From NCBI GenBank assembly GCA_040285825.1, contig JAUPSS010000012.1, positions 124,001-188,000 on the forward strand: a stretch of 64,000 nt of DNA, given 5' to 3'. How positions within the stretch are numbered: the first letter of the stretch is position 1; each line of letters starts with the position of its first letter. The stretch is from Eukaryota sp. TZLM1-RC. Its lineage: Eukaryota > Protista > Metamonada: BaSk clade. Under the pieces are notes generated by a model. That model was not told the DNA's origin. It was given only the letters and a program-made list of their open reading frames with translations, and did not search any database. This document shows positions 34,440 through 47,049 of this stretch, piece by piece. Both the position numbers and the translations under genes were made by a program.

Positions 34440-34530
34440 TCAAGATCACAAGAGACGTGGTGACCTTATTGGGTATTGTACTGATTGCGAAGAACACTTA
34501 TTGGACTTCACTACCATTGAATCCCTGCAA
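34440..34530 (+). mobile_element. Tiny RLE nuclease fragment from another non-LTR family
   Basis: Translates QDHKRRGDLIGYCTDCEEHLLDFTTI, similar to RRGDLIAPF...VVDFTTVDP at 47087-47896. Confidence 0.5.
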
Positions 34531-35115
34531 CAAGTAGCTACTGCTGGTTACAGAAATCATATTTTAATTTCTTAGAATATATTCATAAAGTTCAATTTGA
34601 GAAGTTTAAGAGTTGAACTATTCGAACCTTGAATTTTAGTAGACAAAATTCTTGAATTTGTAATCGTTATGCTGTTCCTCTTTATAAATTTTTTTGATCC
34701 AAGTGCAAAATAAAAATTCAAAATTGTGTCGAGGTTCGGAACCTGGAGAAAATTTCAATAACTCTTAAAGCACAAATTAAGATACATTTTCACTGATTAA
34801 AAACATACCTACATATGTGGATAACATTGCAAAAACCACATACAAATTGAATTGCAGTGTTGATCGAAACAATAAAGTAGTGGATAAACAATTACCTTTA
34901 CAGGATGTTTTGTTCAATATTTTCTTTTGTTTGATTTTGTTTATTTTGTGTGACAATACAACACAGTTTTGTTGTTAACTTCTAGAACATTGTGTGAATG
35001 TACCAAGGAACAACTTAACTGACCACAAATAAAATCATTTGCAATTTCAAACAAATAGTTGTTCAAAGGTATTTATACATACCATACCATACTTTATCAT
35101 CGAATATGCATTGTG

Positions 35116-35197
35116 GCTGATATATCCAAGTGGTTACGGAGGTTGACTTGAAATCAACTGGGCTATGCCCGCGCAGGTTCGAATCCTGCTGTCAGCG
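35116..35197 (+). tRNA. tRNA-Ser (anticodon UGA)
   Basis: Acceptor stem GCTGATA/TGTCAGC, anticodon arm GTTGA-CTTGAAA-TCAAC, long variable arm GGGC-TAT-GCCC, T-loop GTTCGAATC, G discriminator. Confidence 0.95.
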
Positions 35198-35229
35198 AGT
35201 TTTGTATGATGGTTATTTATCAAATAGAA

Positions 35230-35890
35230 ACAATTCATTTGTTTTGCTCTGATATAGTGCTTTGGTGTACAAGGTTATCCCTTTAACACCCTCTTGTTTT
35301 GTTCAGTTATCCACAAGAGCTTAAACATTATCAAGCAAAATTACTTTTCTCTTAAAATAGTTGCTTCTATAGATGATATTTCCCTCATTGGTTCATTTGG
35401 TTTACTGCAATAGGTTGCTTAAGAAAATGCAACTCAAATGAAATTAGTAAACGTCAATTAAATGCGAATATATGCCTGCTGAGTGACTATTCTGCTCAGG
35501 ACCTTGATTAATGATTCTCTTGTCCTTTCCACTCACTATAGTAGTGATGCTTTCGTTTTTCTTGGTTGCTGGTTAGGAAGTGTGCTTCAAATTCTGAATG
35601 AATTACAAATTGTTTTTGGAAATAATGGAAAATGAACTTGTTTTAATTTCTTTGTAACAATCGGAAAACAATAGTGAATTTCTCATCCCTGAAATTTGTT
35701 AAACAAGGAGAATAGCCCACATTTTGAGAACTTTGCTCATTTCACAATTTTGTCGATCCATTGAGGACAGAATTTTTTGCTGATTTATTGGATGTACATC
35801 CGAAAATGTTGAAAAATCATTTATTTTCTACAGCAAATTCTGGAGGTGTTGGATTAACAATGTTTTCTGTTTTGTACCAATCAGCTTTCT
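35230..35890 (+). pseudogene. Highly decayed family C non-LTR RT remnant
   Basis: Nucleotide similarity to 32396-32760 (GGTTGCTGGTTAGGAA, ACAGAATTTTTTGCTGATTTATTGGATGTA) and a degenerate IDDISLIGS. Confidence 0.7.
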
Positions 35891-37210
35891 TTTAATTTTT
35901 TTCTTTTCAAGATGTAGAACTATTGCGGAAGATAGCAACAGTGAGGCTTTTTGCTTGGCCGTGGCATGATTTATGAAATACATAATGCCTTCAAAACAAA
36001 TATATCTCTCCCGGAAACATACACATTGTAAAACTAAACAACAAACCTTAACTAAAGTTTTTACCTACTCAAACCCCATCAATTGAATGACGGCAGATTT
36101 TCGCTATTCACTTGGAAAGCAACTTGTTATAAGAATAAACTGCCTTCAAAAATATGTTTTTGATGATGCTTCTTTACCCAGCACCTTCAATTAATTAACT
36201 CTCTTGGAGAAATCTTTTAAAGAAATGTGTAGATAATTTTTGATTTATTACTTTCAAAAAAGATATTTATTGAACATGCACACTCAATTATATTAACTCA
36301 TAACTAATGGGACGACTATCATTGAACCAAGATTTCCTCTACAAAATCTTGATCTGCTTGCTGTCTAGCTAAAGCTTCTCTTATTCGATTGAAAAACCGA
36401 GGTAATCTATTAATAATGGTAAATTGAATCCGTGAACACTATTAAGAAATATCAAATTTTTTCATTGTTTTTTCTTGAACCATTTTTTGGAAGTCATTCA
36501 AAAAAGTTTCTGCTTCATCTGATAATTTTCTATTTATCGAAAATGGGAAAGCAATAAAAACCAGCTGTGTATTCCATTAGCCTCTTCAATATCTTTATCA
36601 TATTTTTTATGTTTTTCTTTTGCTTTAAAATCAAGAGCACTCACAGGATTAAGTTTTCTTCTGTGAACCAAAGTATCATTTGCAATATTACATGAGACAA
36701 AGTCATCAATAGCTTCAGAATTATCAATACAATCTCAGTACACATCACCTCTATTATCAGAACCAAAAATATTCAGAGAAAGTGTTTCCTTCAGCAGAGG
36801 CTCTTTGATACACGATATTCTTCCAGTTTGTGCCATATTGAAAACAATGTCTCTAACAGCATCACGTAATGATGAACGATAAGTTATCAATTTAGAACAA
36901 ATCAGAGCATGGCGCAAAGTGAGTTGAGGTGAATTCGAACAAATTCATTTTTCTTTTGATAAGAATTGATTAATGGGGATATTCAAATATAATCTCATTT
37001 TTGTTACAAATGCTTCATTAGTGGCACACAATCCAAATCTTCGTGGTACAATGGTTACAAAAAGTGAAGAATCTAATGACTTGTTTTCACAAAAACCCTT
37101 TTCCAATAACAATGAGTGAAGATCTTGATATAAAACAGCTGAGCTGCATACATAATTATAAAGATCATTTTCATACATTCCAGTCAATCGTTTCTGTAAT
37201 ATTTGAAGAG

Positions 37211-38633
37211 ATTTTTATTTTTATTCAACAACAAATATGAAATACACAATTAAAACTCCACATCCTCAAAACCTGTCTCCCCTACATCAAAACAATTAAT
37301 CGCTAAAGATTCAGAAAATTTCCCAAAAGAAGATAGTGAATCAGAAATTAGTGTTACCATTCCCTTAAAAATAGAAAATACAATCCTGTTTTGCCAGTAA
37401 ACACGATTGAAAATTCTTCCAGTTCTTTCCTTTACAACTACAACAAAATCCTCAAGGAAAGCCATAGCAGCCTTACCTAGAGATCCAAGCAAAGAAAAAA
37501 CAAATGGACATAAATTATATTGGGCATGAGAATTTTCATTAACCGAGGAAATGGGTTTCGCATATTTAGGTATTTTATATTTTGCGCCTGCAAGAAGAGG
37601 ATTATTTACATCCGAGTTAATGAAATGTTCGTTAGAGGAATTACAAGGGTCAATAGACATGGCGTCCAAAATAGTAAAACTACCATTTAAACCAGGAACA
37701 ACTAGATCACCTCTAGTCAGACCCATAGAAGCTCTGTTGTAACGCGTACTATCAATATTGGAATCATCAAGAATTAATTTTGATAACAGCGGTTCTAAAA
37801 AGGAATCTACACGATATGATTTGCACATTACATAAATTTGGTCCCTGACGTTATTATGCACTTTGCTTCTAAACGTAATGAAATGTTTACAGTTCAAAAG
37901 ATGAGTAAACAAAAGAGGTTTACCACATTTACAAGTTAAATGATTGGGCAAATTGTTTGGCCACAGAAAACAACGAAAACGCATGTTTAGAAGCCGTTCA
38001 TTGTCTTTTAACAAAAGTCCATAAACAGAGGGAACTTGAGTTACTAAAGCAACAGCTGAACTATCACGAATATCCTTTAAAAAATTACCGAAAGCGGGAT
38101 TTTTAGTTTTGGCCAAGCCAAGTCTTACTTCATAATCCAAGCCTTCATATAATTTAACCAGATGGTGCTGAAGCTTTTTCAAGCAAAAACGTAAATTTGG
38201 AAGTGATCGGGTGGGAATTTCTTGAACATTTTGAGGAAAACACTGAATCCAGATATCACTAGGCAAATTTTCTAATTCAAATTGCAGTTGATTCAAGTAA
38301 AAATTTGATTCACCATTGATCAGATGAACATCAAAAGGGAACCTTTGGAAAAATTCTAAAACAAAATTTTTACCACCTCCCAAAAATGCTGCTTTACACA
38401 GAATCGAAGATTTGGTGAATCCAATTCCACCCAAATCTGCTGAACAAATTACATGACTTCGAATTAAAGATTCATTTACTTCTAAATAAAGAAGAAAAAA
38501 ATTTGACTCGAAGTTTGTTAAAAGATCTGCAAAAATTGAGAGATACCGATGGGGGAGTTGACCTTAAAATATGAGTGAATTTTCCAGAATAACAGATTTT
38601 TAAAATAAAAAATTTGATGTGTTTCTCAATGTC
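37211..38633 (-). mobile_element. 5'-truncated CRE-like family B insertion
   Basis: 394-aa zinc/RLE ORF; 13-bp TSD AATATTTGAAGAG (37198-37210, 38634-38646). Confidence 0.92.
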
Positions 38634-38746
38634 AATATTTGAAGAGTGTATTTTAAATTTAAAAAATTCTTTTCCGGAGTATTGCCATTGAATGATTGGG
38701 AAAAGCATCGACTCCATTTTCTACATCAATTTTTGAAAATAAAAAA

Positions 38747-40896
38747 GGGAAAAGTACACATCTACCCATTTTTGCAAAAAGTGGAACACGTCTACCCACC
38801 ACAATAAAGTGAACACATCTACCCACTTTTTTACTGATAGGACTTCTTTGCAGATTGGACATGACAACAACCTCTTCCGTTGTTGCTGAATCAACTATAA
38901 CTCTCAAACATAACGACACCGATTATCTCTTGAAAATCGGTTCCCTGGCTTCGATGGAAATCATAAAGGAACTGATTCGGCTAGATTGTGTCCAGAGCAG
39001 TGCCTATTGTGTCTACAAAAAGTCTGAACATACAAGAATTTATGCTCGTTGCAAAAATAAAAGATGTACGTTTGAATGCTATGCTACACGACCTAAATCC
39101 GCTTCTACAACAACTCCTTATGAGGTTAAGCGGTATAAAGCTCATTCCTGTGATGGTAATCTAACTTCTTCCTACAAGATTCTTCCTCCTTCCACAGATT
39201 ACCTTGCCTCTTTGACATCCATTCGTACAAAAATCCAAAAGGATCCTGCCATCAGCTCCAAGCATTTGAAAGTGGATTTAAACACAGCGGCTGGATTTAT
39301 ACTTCCCAATCACACTGTTAAGCGGGTACGGAACACGATTAAAACCAGTCTTTATGGAACTGAAGAATCAAGCTACAAAAAACTGGACCACTACTTGGAA
39401 CTTTTAAGTCAAAGAAACCCCGGAAGTGTTATTGATCTTGAAAAGGATACAACTGACACCTTTAGACGACTCTTCATAGCGCTGCAAGGTACAATCAAGG
39501 GATTTGCATTTTGTCGTTCAATGGTTCTTCTGGATGGGACGCACTTGAAAACCAAACATAAACAAATGTTGTTGACATCCACGTCCATTGATGCAGAGGG
39601 CCATTTGTTTCCACTGGCCTTTGCAGTAGTGTCGACCGAAAACAAAGACAACTGGACCTGGTTTTGTCAACGTTTTCGTGATGCATATGGTTCAGATATC
39701 AACACCATTGTTTCCGACAGAGAAAAAGGACTTTGCGATGCGGTTGCTACTGTTTTTGTTACTGCCAAACACGCTTTTTGTGTTCGCCATTTGACCAAAA
39801 ATATGGGGGCGAGGTTCACAGGATTTATTTGGAGTGCAGCTAGAGCTACAACAACTGACGAATTTGATCTCATAATGAATGAAATCCGTTGTCAATCAAA
39901 ACCAGTGTATGAGAAACTGATAAAGGGTGGAAAACATCATTGGGCAACCTGTTATTTCGAAGGACTCCGTTACGGACATTTGACGTCCAATGTAGTTGAA
40001 AGCTTGAATGCTTGGCTTCTTGGAGCAAGAGGTATGCCTCTTGTTAGTATGATCAACGAAATTTGCTTGAAACTGACAAAATGGTTTGAGGAAAGAAGAA
40101 CTGAAGCGATGAACACAACATCCATTGTTTGCAAATCATTGTGGGCAAAGTTGAAGAGCACTGTTGTTGAAGCTCGCAGTTTAGAAGTTTTGACAATTTC
40201 CAGGGGAGGGGGAGGTTCAGTGCTGAAGGTTACACAGCATGAAAAATCATGGTTGGTGGATTTGAGCAAACAATGTTGTTCATGTGAATTTTGGGACAAC
40301 TATGGATACCCTTGTGTTCATGCGGTGGCAGCACTTTTATATATGGACAAAAACATAGTGAGTGCAGTGGACCTTTATTATTCGAGAGAGAATTATGCCA
40401 GAACTTACGAGGAGGGAATTATGTCAGTAGACCAAAGTATTGAACTAAAAGAGACAGAAACTCAAGCACCACAAGTTGTAAGGCAAAGAGGAAGACCACG
40501 TCAACGACGGTTCCGAGCTGGAGAAGGGCAGAGAAAGAAGAAACAAAGAGATGGAGGAGAGATACCAGACAGTGAAGTTCCAGAACTCACACTCGTCCGC
40601 CAGCAGTTTGGTGTAGAAGGCAGCAGCGATGATTCAGATTGGAGTGAATTGGAAAAATCTTCTGCATTGGAAGACTTAGTTGAAGATCAATAGAGATTAG
40701 GGAGGTTTATTGTATGCTTAACATGTCCATAAACGGTTTATTTGATGTTTGAGATGAGTTTGGTGAACGTACCAAGTAATTAAGAAACACAAACATGATT
40801 ACATCATCAAACAAATCGGGATGGATAAGTTTCCTTAAAACAATTGGGTACAGAAGTACCAAAAAATTCAGCAGTGGGTAGGTGTGTCCCTGACCC
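38747..40896 (+). mobile_element. Mutator-like (MULE) DNA transposon, apparently intact
   Basis: Perfect 9-bp TSD AATAAAAAA (38738-38746, 40897-40905); termini GGG...CCC with the inverted motif ACACAYCTACCCA, present three times at the left end. Confidence 0.92.
38855..40693 (+). CDS. MULE transposase with SWIM zinc finger
   Basis: LLDGTHL, IVSDREKGL, HAFCVRHL (CxxH), TSNVVESLN (DDE triad), CSCEFWDNYGYPCVH (SWIM), RGRPRQRR; uninterrupted 612-aa frame. Confidence 0.93.
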   Translation: MDMTTTSSVVAESTITLKHNDTDYLLKIGSLASMEIIKELIRLDCVQSSAYCVYKKSEHTRIYARCKNKRCTFECYATRPKSASTTTPYEVKRYKAHSCDGNLTSSYKILPPSTDYLASLTSIRTKIQKDPAISSKHLKVDLNTAAGFILPNHTVKRVRNTIKTSLYGTEESSYKKLDHYLELLSQRNPGSVIDLEKDTTDTFRRLFIALQGTIKGFAFCRSMVLLDGTHLKTKHKQMLLTSTSIDAEGHLFPLAFAVVSTENKDNWTWFCQRFRDAYGSDINTIVSDREKGLCDAVATVFVTAKHAFCVRHLTKNMGARFTGFIWSAARATTTDEFDLIMNEIRCQSKPVYEKLIKGGKHHWATCYFEGLRYGHLTSNVVESLNAWLLGARGMPLVSMINEICLKLTKWFEERRTEAMNTTSIVCKSLWAKLKSTVVEARSLEVLTISRGGGGSVLKVTQHEKSWLVDLSKQCCSCEFWDNYGYPCVHAVAALLYMDKNIVSAVDLYYSRENYARTYEEGIMSVDQSIELKETETQAPQVVRQRGRPRQRRFRAGEGQRKKKQRDGGEIPDSEVPELTLVRQQFGVEGSSDDSDWSELEKSSALEDLVEDQ

Positions 40897-43121
40897 AATA
40901 AAAAATTAATAAAATTAATAAAATTAAAATAATTAAGTAAATTAATAAATAAAATATCATCAATTAATGCAAAAACAGTGGAACTTTGTGTTGTCATTAA
41001 TAAATCTTCCCAATCGGCAAATCTTTCGGAAAAATCAAATATTGCATTTCTGCATCCACCAATAAAAGCACACGAAGTAAGAATAGAAGCCTTTGTCCAA
41101 CCTAAACCGCCATAATGTGGACTAAGATAAGCATGATTTGGAATTTGGAACATTTTACATCCCTAATTGTGACAAAACTTTTGCACGTAATTCATTAAAC
41201 TTCTGGGCCACAGGCCTAGTGATAAGAGGATTTGTGGATCGAAATATATGATTATAACACAGTCTTATAATGGTAAATTTGATGTGTTTTTGTATAACTA
41301 AAGTCAGCATTCGGTCAATTTTTTCAAGAATTGAGTTCAACTTTTCCAACAATTCTTTGGTAATTTCATCATTATTTCCTAAAAACGAATCCAAATGACG
41401 AATAGTATCAATTGAATATAATTTGGCTTGAATTTCAATACCATCAACTATTGTAGAAACTGGAGAATTCGATAACAAAACACATTTAAGTAAATTATGT
41501 CGGAGACCAATTTTGGTAAATAAATCTTTAAAACATACAGTTGCCTTTTTCACAATCTTTAAATCACCTATAAAAACAACATCATCCATATATGCAATCA
41601 ATTTTAGCAAAGGAAACATCTCTCGAATGTGTAATTAAATTGGGATGAATGGCCAAACAAAACAAAAGAGGTCCTAAAGGATCTCCTCATTTTACACCAC
41701 TTGATGAACTCAAAACGGAATTACCAAAATGCAAATCAGAATTTGTGCAATATGTTGATCGGAAATAGGGCATTAATTCCGGGAAATATTATAACAAAGC
41801 ACCTTAAATACTGCAGCGACTGATTGAATTGAATGCATTGCTAAAATCCAACGACATACACACATTGGACACATTTTGGCGAAATAATACATCTGTAACA
41901 AATATCGCTGAAGAAACTGCATCGGTGGTATTAATTCCATATTGAAAGGGCAATAAAATCGATTTTGCTTTTTCATTGAACCTACTAAGCAGCAAGCAGA
42001 AAAAATATTATGTATGCTCTCAGAGACCGCAATAGGACGAACATCCATTTTTGAATTCTTGACAAGTGCCGTCAAACGAGAACTTCTTAATTCTTCTTTT
42101 GGATACTTAAGTTGACCAGTCAATATTCTATTGAAAAATTTGGTTAATAAAACAAGACAATCCTCTGATGAAATAATTGCCGCTTTTACATGATCAATAG
42201 AAATACCAGAAAGCGCCAGACTTACGGCGTGGGCCCTTTTTTTATCACCGAAAATACTTCTGATGCCATCAATGGATAATTTTCCCAGTAAGTTCCGAAA
42301 AATTTTGATCCATTAGTGGGTCTTCCAATGGATGAAGTATTTTGAGTTATATCTATAGTTTCTTGATTGTTAGGAGCTTTAAGTCCGGGACTTAAAGCAG
42401 ACAAAGCCCCAGACCACTTGTTATCAGAGCATTTGTCTTCAAAAATTTTACTCAATTTCGTCAGATGACTGTTGTCTCCGTGCTATAGTAGTTAAATCTT
42501 CAAAATTATTTACGAAATTTTGTTTAAAAGGAGCACAAATAGAACCAAAAAATTCCCAAAGAATATTGATAGGATACTTTCCCCTACATAATTGATCCAA
42601 AAATCTTTTTAAAACGAAAGCAAATTCATTGCATTTCGACGGATGTTTTTCTTAAATATATTTTTATAGGAGGGTGGTAATTATCGACTATTCGGCATTT
42701 CAAGCATCGATCAGCCGTTTTACCTTTTGCATTTTTCCTAAAAGAAACACCACAATTGTTGCAAACTTTGTGTTTGATTCGATTGTTGAATGGTTTTGCA
42801 ACAACTCGTGGAGGATCATTTATTGGTTTTTCCTTAGATTCTGTTCTTCTAATAAATTTTCTTTTGCATTTTGTTTCAGAATTTATCACATCATTTTTTC
42901 CAACATTGGGACATGTTCGAGCACTATGTCCTTGTTGTCGACACTTTGAGCATCTGTAAGAGCGTTTCAAAAAAGTAAACACAAAAATTAAAATTCAAAA
43001 TCTTCATATCTCAAATCAGCCAACAACAAAAATTGACAGGAAGTTTCTCCTTCATATAAGCGACCAGGAGATAATAAAGCAGAAAACAATAACGGCACAA
43101 CACCTTTAAAAATTGAAAATA

Positions 43122-43216
43122 TGTTGCCGAAGGTTGGAATGAAGGGTTAGTTGAAGGCAATGAAGAAAAGTTGATTTATTTTCTGATCATATTATATAAG
43201 CCTTAGGGCGCCAACA
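43122..43216. mobile_element. Solo LTR related to the 16721-18181 element
   Basis: 95 bp TGTTGCC...GGGCGCCAACA; 4-bp TSD AATA on both sides. Confidence 0.88.
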
Positions 43217-43220
43217 AATA

Positions 43221-43785
43221 CAATTCAGTTCTACCAAAACGTTTTGTCAAAAACTCTTCTAGTTCGTTGTTTCACAATTTCAACAAAATCATCTAGAAAA
43301 GATAAAGCAAGTGGTCCAAGCGTACCATATAAGAAAAAAACAAATGGACAAAGGACATAATGGGTGTGAGATTCAGCATTCAAGGAAACCAACTTTGCTT
43401 TTTATTTCATCAATTTTGGAATTTTCGGCAACAGACAGCGGATTCTTGGTTTTGACTGAGCTAATGGTATGAAAGAATTATTACACACATCAGTTGATCT
43501 CACATCAGTAATGATAGTGGTATCATCAAGTCCTTCAAGCATTAAATCACCTCTGTTACGACCAAAAGAATTCAAAGTGTCCTCATCAACCAAACAAGAA
43601 AGTAATGGTTCCAAATAGGAGACAATTCTGTGAGACTTAGACTTACAATAGAGCTGATCTCTAACTGCATCATCTACTTTTGACCGAAAAGTAATAAAAT
43701 GTTTACAGTTAAACAAATGATTTGGAGAAATTTTTGATCCACATTTGCAAACCAAATTGTGAGGAACGTTGTTGGGCCAAATGAA
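43221..43785 (-). mobile_element. RLE fragment of CRE-like family E
   Basis: CKCG...HLFNC, DAVRDQLY, EPLL, RGDLMLEG. Confidence 0.8.
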
Positions 43786-43880
43786 ACATATTAATAAAAC
43801 ATTAATAAATGAAACATATTATATTGCGATAATATGCAAAATGAATTTTCTCCAATAATCTCCAAATTGCTCTTCAACAA

Positions 43881-44660
43881 ATGTCCACTTCGGAGCCTTC
43901 TCCTTCTCCAGATGCTGGCTTCAAATTTGACGAATGTCTTTCAGTCCCTAAATGGAAGTTGTTACTTTTTGAACGCTTAGCAGATCATTCCTTTGGTCTC
44001 AATGAACTCACATCTTTTGCTGCTGCAGCTGTTGGTTCTAGAAGACGTTCTTCAGATCGTCGCTCTCCTAAAACCAAGAAAAAATGTACACATCTTTCCG
44101 AAAAAGATGAAGTTATCAATATTGAGGATGAAGTAGAGGCCTCTGAAAACGAATATGCTGAGGGTGACAATGGAAATGAATCTGACGAATACATGCCAGA
44201 CAGCATTGAAGAACCCACCAAAGAAGAAGAAGAAGTGGAGGAAGAGCCAGTTGTTGAGGTGACGTCAAGGAAAACCCAGAAAACACCTAAATCAACCAGA
44301 AAAGAATCTAGAAAAACACCCACATCTTCAAGGAAACTACGTAGGGAACAGGCTTCCAACTCCCCACTCCCTGCAATTGCTGCTCCCAAAGAACAGTTAG
44401 CAATTGCAAAGAAAATCCTTCTTGAGATTGTCTCTTCTGGTCCTCCTTCCACTTCCCAATCTGTCGTCATGGCAGCTAGGGGAAGGACGGGGTTATTCGA
44501 GAAATTTGGATCATTGAAGTGTTTCGGTTTGGCAAGAGAACACGGGCTAAAGGTGTCATTGTTGGAGGAAATGGTTCGTCATTTGGTTAAATCAAAAAAG
44601 ATTGATTTGGGTGATGATGGGAAACTGTACCCCATCAGACCAAAATCACCTGAGATTTAG
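43881..44660 (+). CDS. Hypothetical protein with acidic and basic low-complexity tracts
   Basis: 259-aa ATG-initiated ORF with coding-like composition; no family recognised. Confidence 0.6.
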   Translation: MSTSEPSPSPDAGFKFDECLSVPKWKLLLFERLADHSFGLNELTSFAAAAVGSRRRSSDRRSPKTKKKCTHLSEKDEVINIEDEVEASENEYAEGDNGNESDEYMPDSIEEPTKEEEEVEEEPVVEVTSRKTQKTPKSTRKESRKTPTSSRKLRREQASNSPLPAIAAPKEQLAIAKKILLEIVSSGPPSTSQSVVMAARGRTGLFEKFGSLKCFGLAREHGLKVSLLEEMVRHLVKSKKIDLGDDGKLYPIRPKSPEI

Positions 44661-45103
44661 ATTTTGATTTTGTATTGTTATAGAAAGATTATATATGAAA
44701 TAAATAAAGTTTGATTTAAGTGTGTTAGTTTTTTACTTGGAATTATAATTGATTCAGTGAATTTTAATTGATTCATCAAGGCCTTTGCTTGTGCAATGAA
44801 CAGAGAGGTTTTGGAATTCGAGAAAATGATATAGAAGTAAGTCAATCTTCTGTACGTTTCCTTTCCTTTAATTCGATTTTATCAAATCACGACAGAATTA
44901 AATTTTCGTTACTTAACTCTATTTTGAATAATATTGTTGACCTTAATACCAAGCAAGTTGTAAGTAGAATCAATCAAATCTTATATTTTTGAATTGGAGG
45001 GGTTGAAATAGCGCTAAGGTTTAGTTAATATTTATTTTTGGACTGATAGCACAAATGTTTTTGCAATACAATTTGAGAGGATAAAATAGTAAATTTTTCA
45101 TCA

Positions 45104-45925
45104 ATGTCACGGTCTGCATTGTCCCAACAACGCTTGAAGGGATGGAAACCCCGGCTATCCTTCAATGTTATACGTACATATCCACTTGTAGCATCAGTCA
45201 TATGCTTAGTCATATCATTTATCCTCTTATTTCCATCTTTCCTCATGACTAGGGTGACCTATAGATACGATGATCAATGTTCAGAGGGCTCATGTACAGT
45301 TTCCATTCCAATTCCTAAAACAATGTCATCACCAATCTACATGTATTACAAACTCAACAACTTTCATCAGAATCACAGACGCTACATTAGTTCCTTCTCC
45401 CGTAACCAACTATATGGCAACTCCCCATCTGAAAGAGCACTAGAGTCAGACTGCCAGCCTCTCTACTCACTGAACGATACTCCCCTCCTCCCATGCGGAT
45501 TAGTACCCAACACAATGTTCAATGATTCTTTTTCTCTTCACATCGAGGGAGTCCCGCTCGCCATAGACAACGACAACATCATATGGGAATCTGAGAAGAA
45601 GCGCTATGAGACCAACCCGGAATTCTCAATGGATGTGGAATCACCCCATTTCATTTCTTGGATGAAGATCTCTCCATTCTCTCCGGTTATCAAGCTCTGG
45701 GGCGTCATTGAAACCTCCATACCCATGGGGGACTTGGTTGTTGAGATTGCGAATAATTTCCCAAATGTAGAGGGGGGAAGGAAGTCAATTGTCTTGATGG
45801 AAAGAAATGCTATTGGGGGCAATGCTATACCTTTGGGCATCCTGTCCCTCATAAGTAGTATTTGCTGTGTCTTAATGACCTTTTACTTTGGTTTATTGGG
45901 TAGTCGAATAGAGACCACTGTGTAA
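45104..45925 (+). CDS. CDC50: Cdc50/Lem3 family flippase beta subunit
   Basis: QQRLKGWKP, YYKLNNFHQNHRRYISS, PCGLVPNTMFNDSF, FISWMK, two transmembrane segments. Confidence 0.93.
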   Translation: MSRSALSQQRLKGWKPRLSFNVIRTYPLVASVICLVISFILLFPSFLMTRVTYRYDDQCSEGSCTVSIPIPKTMSSPIYMYYKLNNFHQNHRRYISSFSRNQLYGNSPSERALESDCQPLYSLNDTPLLPCGLVPNTMFNDSFSLHIEGVPLAIDNDNIIWESEKKRYETNPEFSMDVESPHFISWMKISPFSPVIKLWGVIETSIPMGDLVVEIANNFPNVEGGRKSIVLMERNAIGGNAIPLGILSLISSICCVLMTFYFGLLGSRIETTV

Positions 45926-47049
45926 TTTGGTTTATCATTGTTGCATAAATGTTTATGTTATTTATTATGCGTCTTGTGAATTATTCTTCTAGTATTGGGG
46001 TTAGGATAGCCCAAATAAACCATTATCTGGGCTAAAGCTACAATTGGGTTGGATTCAAATGAGTCCGGTATTACACACTGTACAGGTCAAGTAACTGTTG
46101 TTAGCGAGAAGCCCATCTCTATTTTCTAGTATGTGTTATCTAGGCAGCTTTGTATGTTGGAAATTGAATAATGAGAATAAACTACCGAATAGAACCCCTT
46201 AATAAAGAGGTTTCTTTATTGCAATGTTTATTCAAAAAGAACAAAACACTTAAAAACAATTAAACTGCATTATGCAACTACTCGTTCTTCAAGTACTTCG
46301 AGGTGATCAGAATCAACTCCTGGCGCGTCAACGTTTTCAACTGTTCACCGAAGCGGAACCAAACATTTTCTCACGGTAGGTGGGTCCCTGCACTGAGTTG
46401 TTAGCGATGAAGAGGTTATTGGATGGGCCTGTAATAGTAGAGTGTTACCTCACCGAAAGCAAAGCTTGTATTCTTGAAGTTTTTTTCATTTGTGATTATG
46501 GTGTATTTTAAACAAGTATTTTATATAAATGCTACAATATTCCTTATTGAACTACAACACTTAGTAAAATTAGATAAGAACTAATGGGACTAAATTCACC
46601 AAACCAAGGTTTCCTCTACAAAATCCTCATCTACTTGTTTTCTCGCCATCGCTTCTCTTATTGGATAAAGAAATGGAGATACAAAATGAAGGGAAAATTG
46701 TGATCCTCTATTCAGTAGTTTACTTTACACCAATTGATCATAGAACATGACAAACTTGCACAAAATGATCAATGTAATTAGTCGTCAGTAATCATGACTG
46801 TTGATTATATTACTTTATCAAGAAATGGTCATGGAATATAATGTAAATGAATTTTTGTATATGAGAAGAAAACAAGGAAATTGAACAATAGAAGAATCAT
46901 TATACAATCTACAATCACTCGCATAACGAAGCTATGTTGGATTGTCACGTCATCACACGTGATTTGTCTATAACAACATCACTGCCAGCTATTCTGTCCC
47001 ATCTAACTGGAAAATTGTAAGTTTTTCTTCATTATTTTTAGTAGAATTT

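Larger units (their letters stand above)
36262..43000 (-). mobile_element. Near full-length degenerate CRE-like family A element hosting nested insertions
   Basis: Zinc knuckle CSKCRQQGHSARTC (42626-42982), RT (RPIAV, YMDD), RLE and 3' end are collinear with 55796-59240 once the nested family B copy and MULE are removed. Confidence 0.9.

Noticed and set aside
46270-46490. Possible small spliced gene on the minus strand
   Set aside because: An intron-like GTGAGG...CTATTACAG is present, but no start or recognisable product could be established.
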